From Chiloscyllium plagiosum (taxonomy: Eukaryota): DNA of 64,000 nt. Made by a program: the position numbers and the translations under genes. The notes beneath the pieces are model-generated. The model was not told the origin of the DNA. It did no database searches and was given only the letters and a program-made list of their open reading frames with translations. Numbering within the stretch: the first letter of the stretch is position 1; every line of letters begins with the position of its first letter. The stretch lies in assembly GCF_004010195.1 (NCBI RefSeq), contig NC_057718.1, positions 16,511,418 through 16,575,417 on the forward strand. Direction: 5' to 3'. This document shows, one piece after another, positions 63,035 to 64,000 of the stretch.

Positions 63035-64000
63035 CATAGAGTCATAGAGACATACAGCATGGAAACAGACCCTTCGGTCCAACCTGTCCATGCCGACCAG
63101 ATATCCCAACCCAATCTAGTCCCACCTGTCAGCACCCGGCCCATATCCCTCCAAACCCTTCCTATTCATATACCCATCCAAATGCCTCTTAAATGTTGCA
63201 ATTGTACCAGCCCCTACCACATCCTCTGGCAGCTCATTCCATACACATAACACCCACTGCGTGAAAAAGTTGCCCCTTAGCTCTCTTTAATATCTTTTCC
63301 CTCTGCCCCTAAACCTATGCCCTCTAGTTCTGGACTCCCGACCCCAGGGAAAAGACTTTGTCTATTTATCTTATCCATGCCCCTCATAATTTTGTAAACC
63401 TCTATAAAGTGACCCCTCAGCCTCTGACGCTCCAGGGAAAACAGCCCCAGCCAGTTCAGCCTCTCCCTGTAGCTCAGATCCTCCAACCCTGGCAACATCC
63501 TTGTAAATCTTTTCTGAACCCTTGCAAGTTTCACAACATCTTTCCAATAAGAAGGAGACCAGAATTGCACGCAATATTCCAACAGTGGCCTCACGAATGT
63601 CCTGTACAGCCGCAACATGACCTCCCAACTTCTGTACTCAATACTCTGACCAATAAAGGAAAGCATACCAAACGCCTTCGTCACTATCCTATCTACCTGC
63701 AACTCCACTTTCAAGGAGCTTTGAACCTGCACTCTTTGTTCAGCAACACACCCTAGGACCCTACCATTAAGTGTATAGGTCCTGCTAAGATTTGCTTTCC
63801 CAAAATGCAGCACCTCGCATTTATTTGAATTAAACTCCATCTGCCACTTCTCAGCCCATTGGCCCATCTGGTCCAGATCCTATTGTCGAACACCTTACTG
63901 AAGTCCACATAGATCACAACTACTGGTCTTCCCTCATCAATCTTCTTTGTTACCTCTCCAAAAAACTCAATCAAGTTTGTGAGACATGATTTCCCACGCA
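63035..64000 (-). mobile_element. CR1/HER1-type LINE RT C-terminus and 3' end, runs off the window
   Basis: ORF 63277-63867(-) WAEKWQMEFN..RPLLEYCVQFWSP; ORF 63753-63974 VDFSKVFD. Confidence 0.93.

Noticed and set aside
62310..63197. Local duplication of ~160 bp (62310-62470 versus ~63038-63197)
   Set aside because: Both are the 3' tail of an abundant CR1 subfamily and share no flanking sequence; independent insertions are simpler.

Overview
Repeat-rich vertebrate genomic DNA, almost certainly from an elasmobranch (shark/ray). The basis is many HE1-type SINEs, CR1/HER1-type LINE fragments, DeuSINE-like relics and Penelope-like elements (PLEs). The only protein-coding host sequence I can support is two minus-strand exons from the 3' end of SDCCAG8 (61756-61887 and ~8456-8600), separated by a 53,155-bp GT-AG intron that fills most of the window. 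Most ORFs in the track are repeat fragments or chance. The most interesting signal is a set of PLE-derived fold-back insertions from at least three families, with 11-15 bp target-site duplications (TSDs) and minimal hammerhead-ribozyme cores. One is a ~320-bp-arm palindrome; another has captured ~230 bp of neighbouring unique DNA between its inverted arms. Also present are a second local templated duplication (75 bp), a 34/27-bp minisatellite, a cluster of solo LTRs including an inverted pair, and a 298-N gap that probably hides an unresolved palindrome. All alignments were done by eye. Repeat boundaries are approximate unless a TSD is quoted, and family and gene names come from recalled sequences, not from a search.
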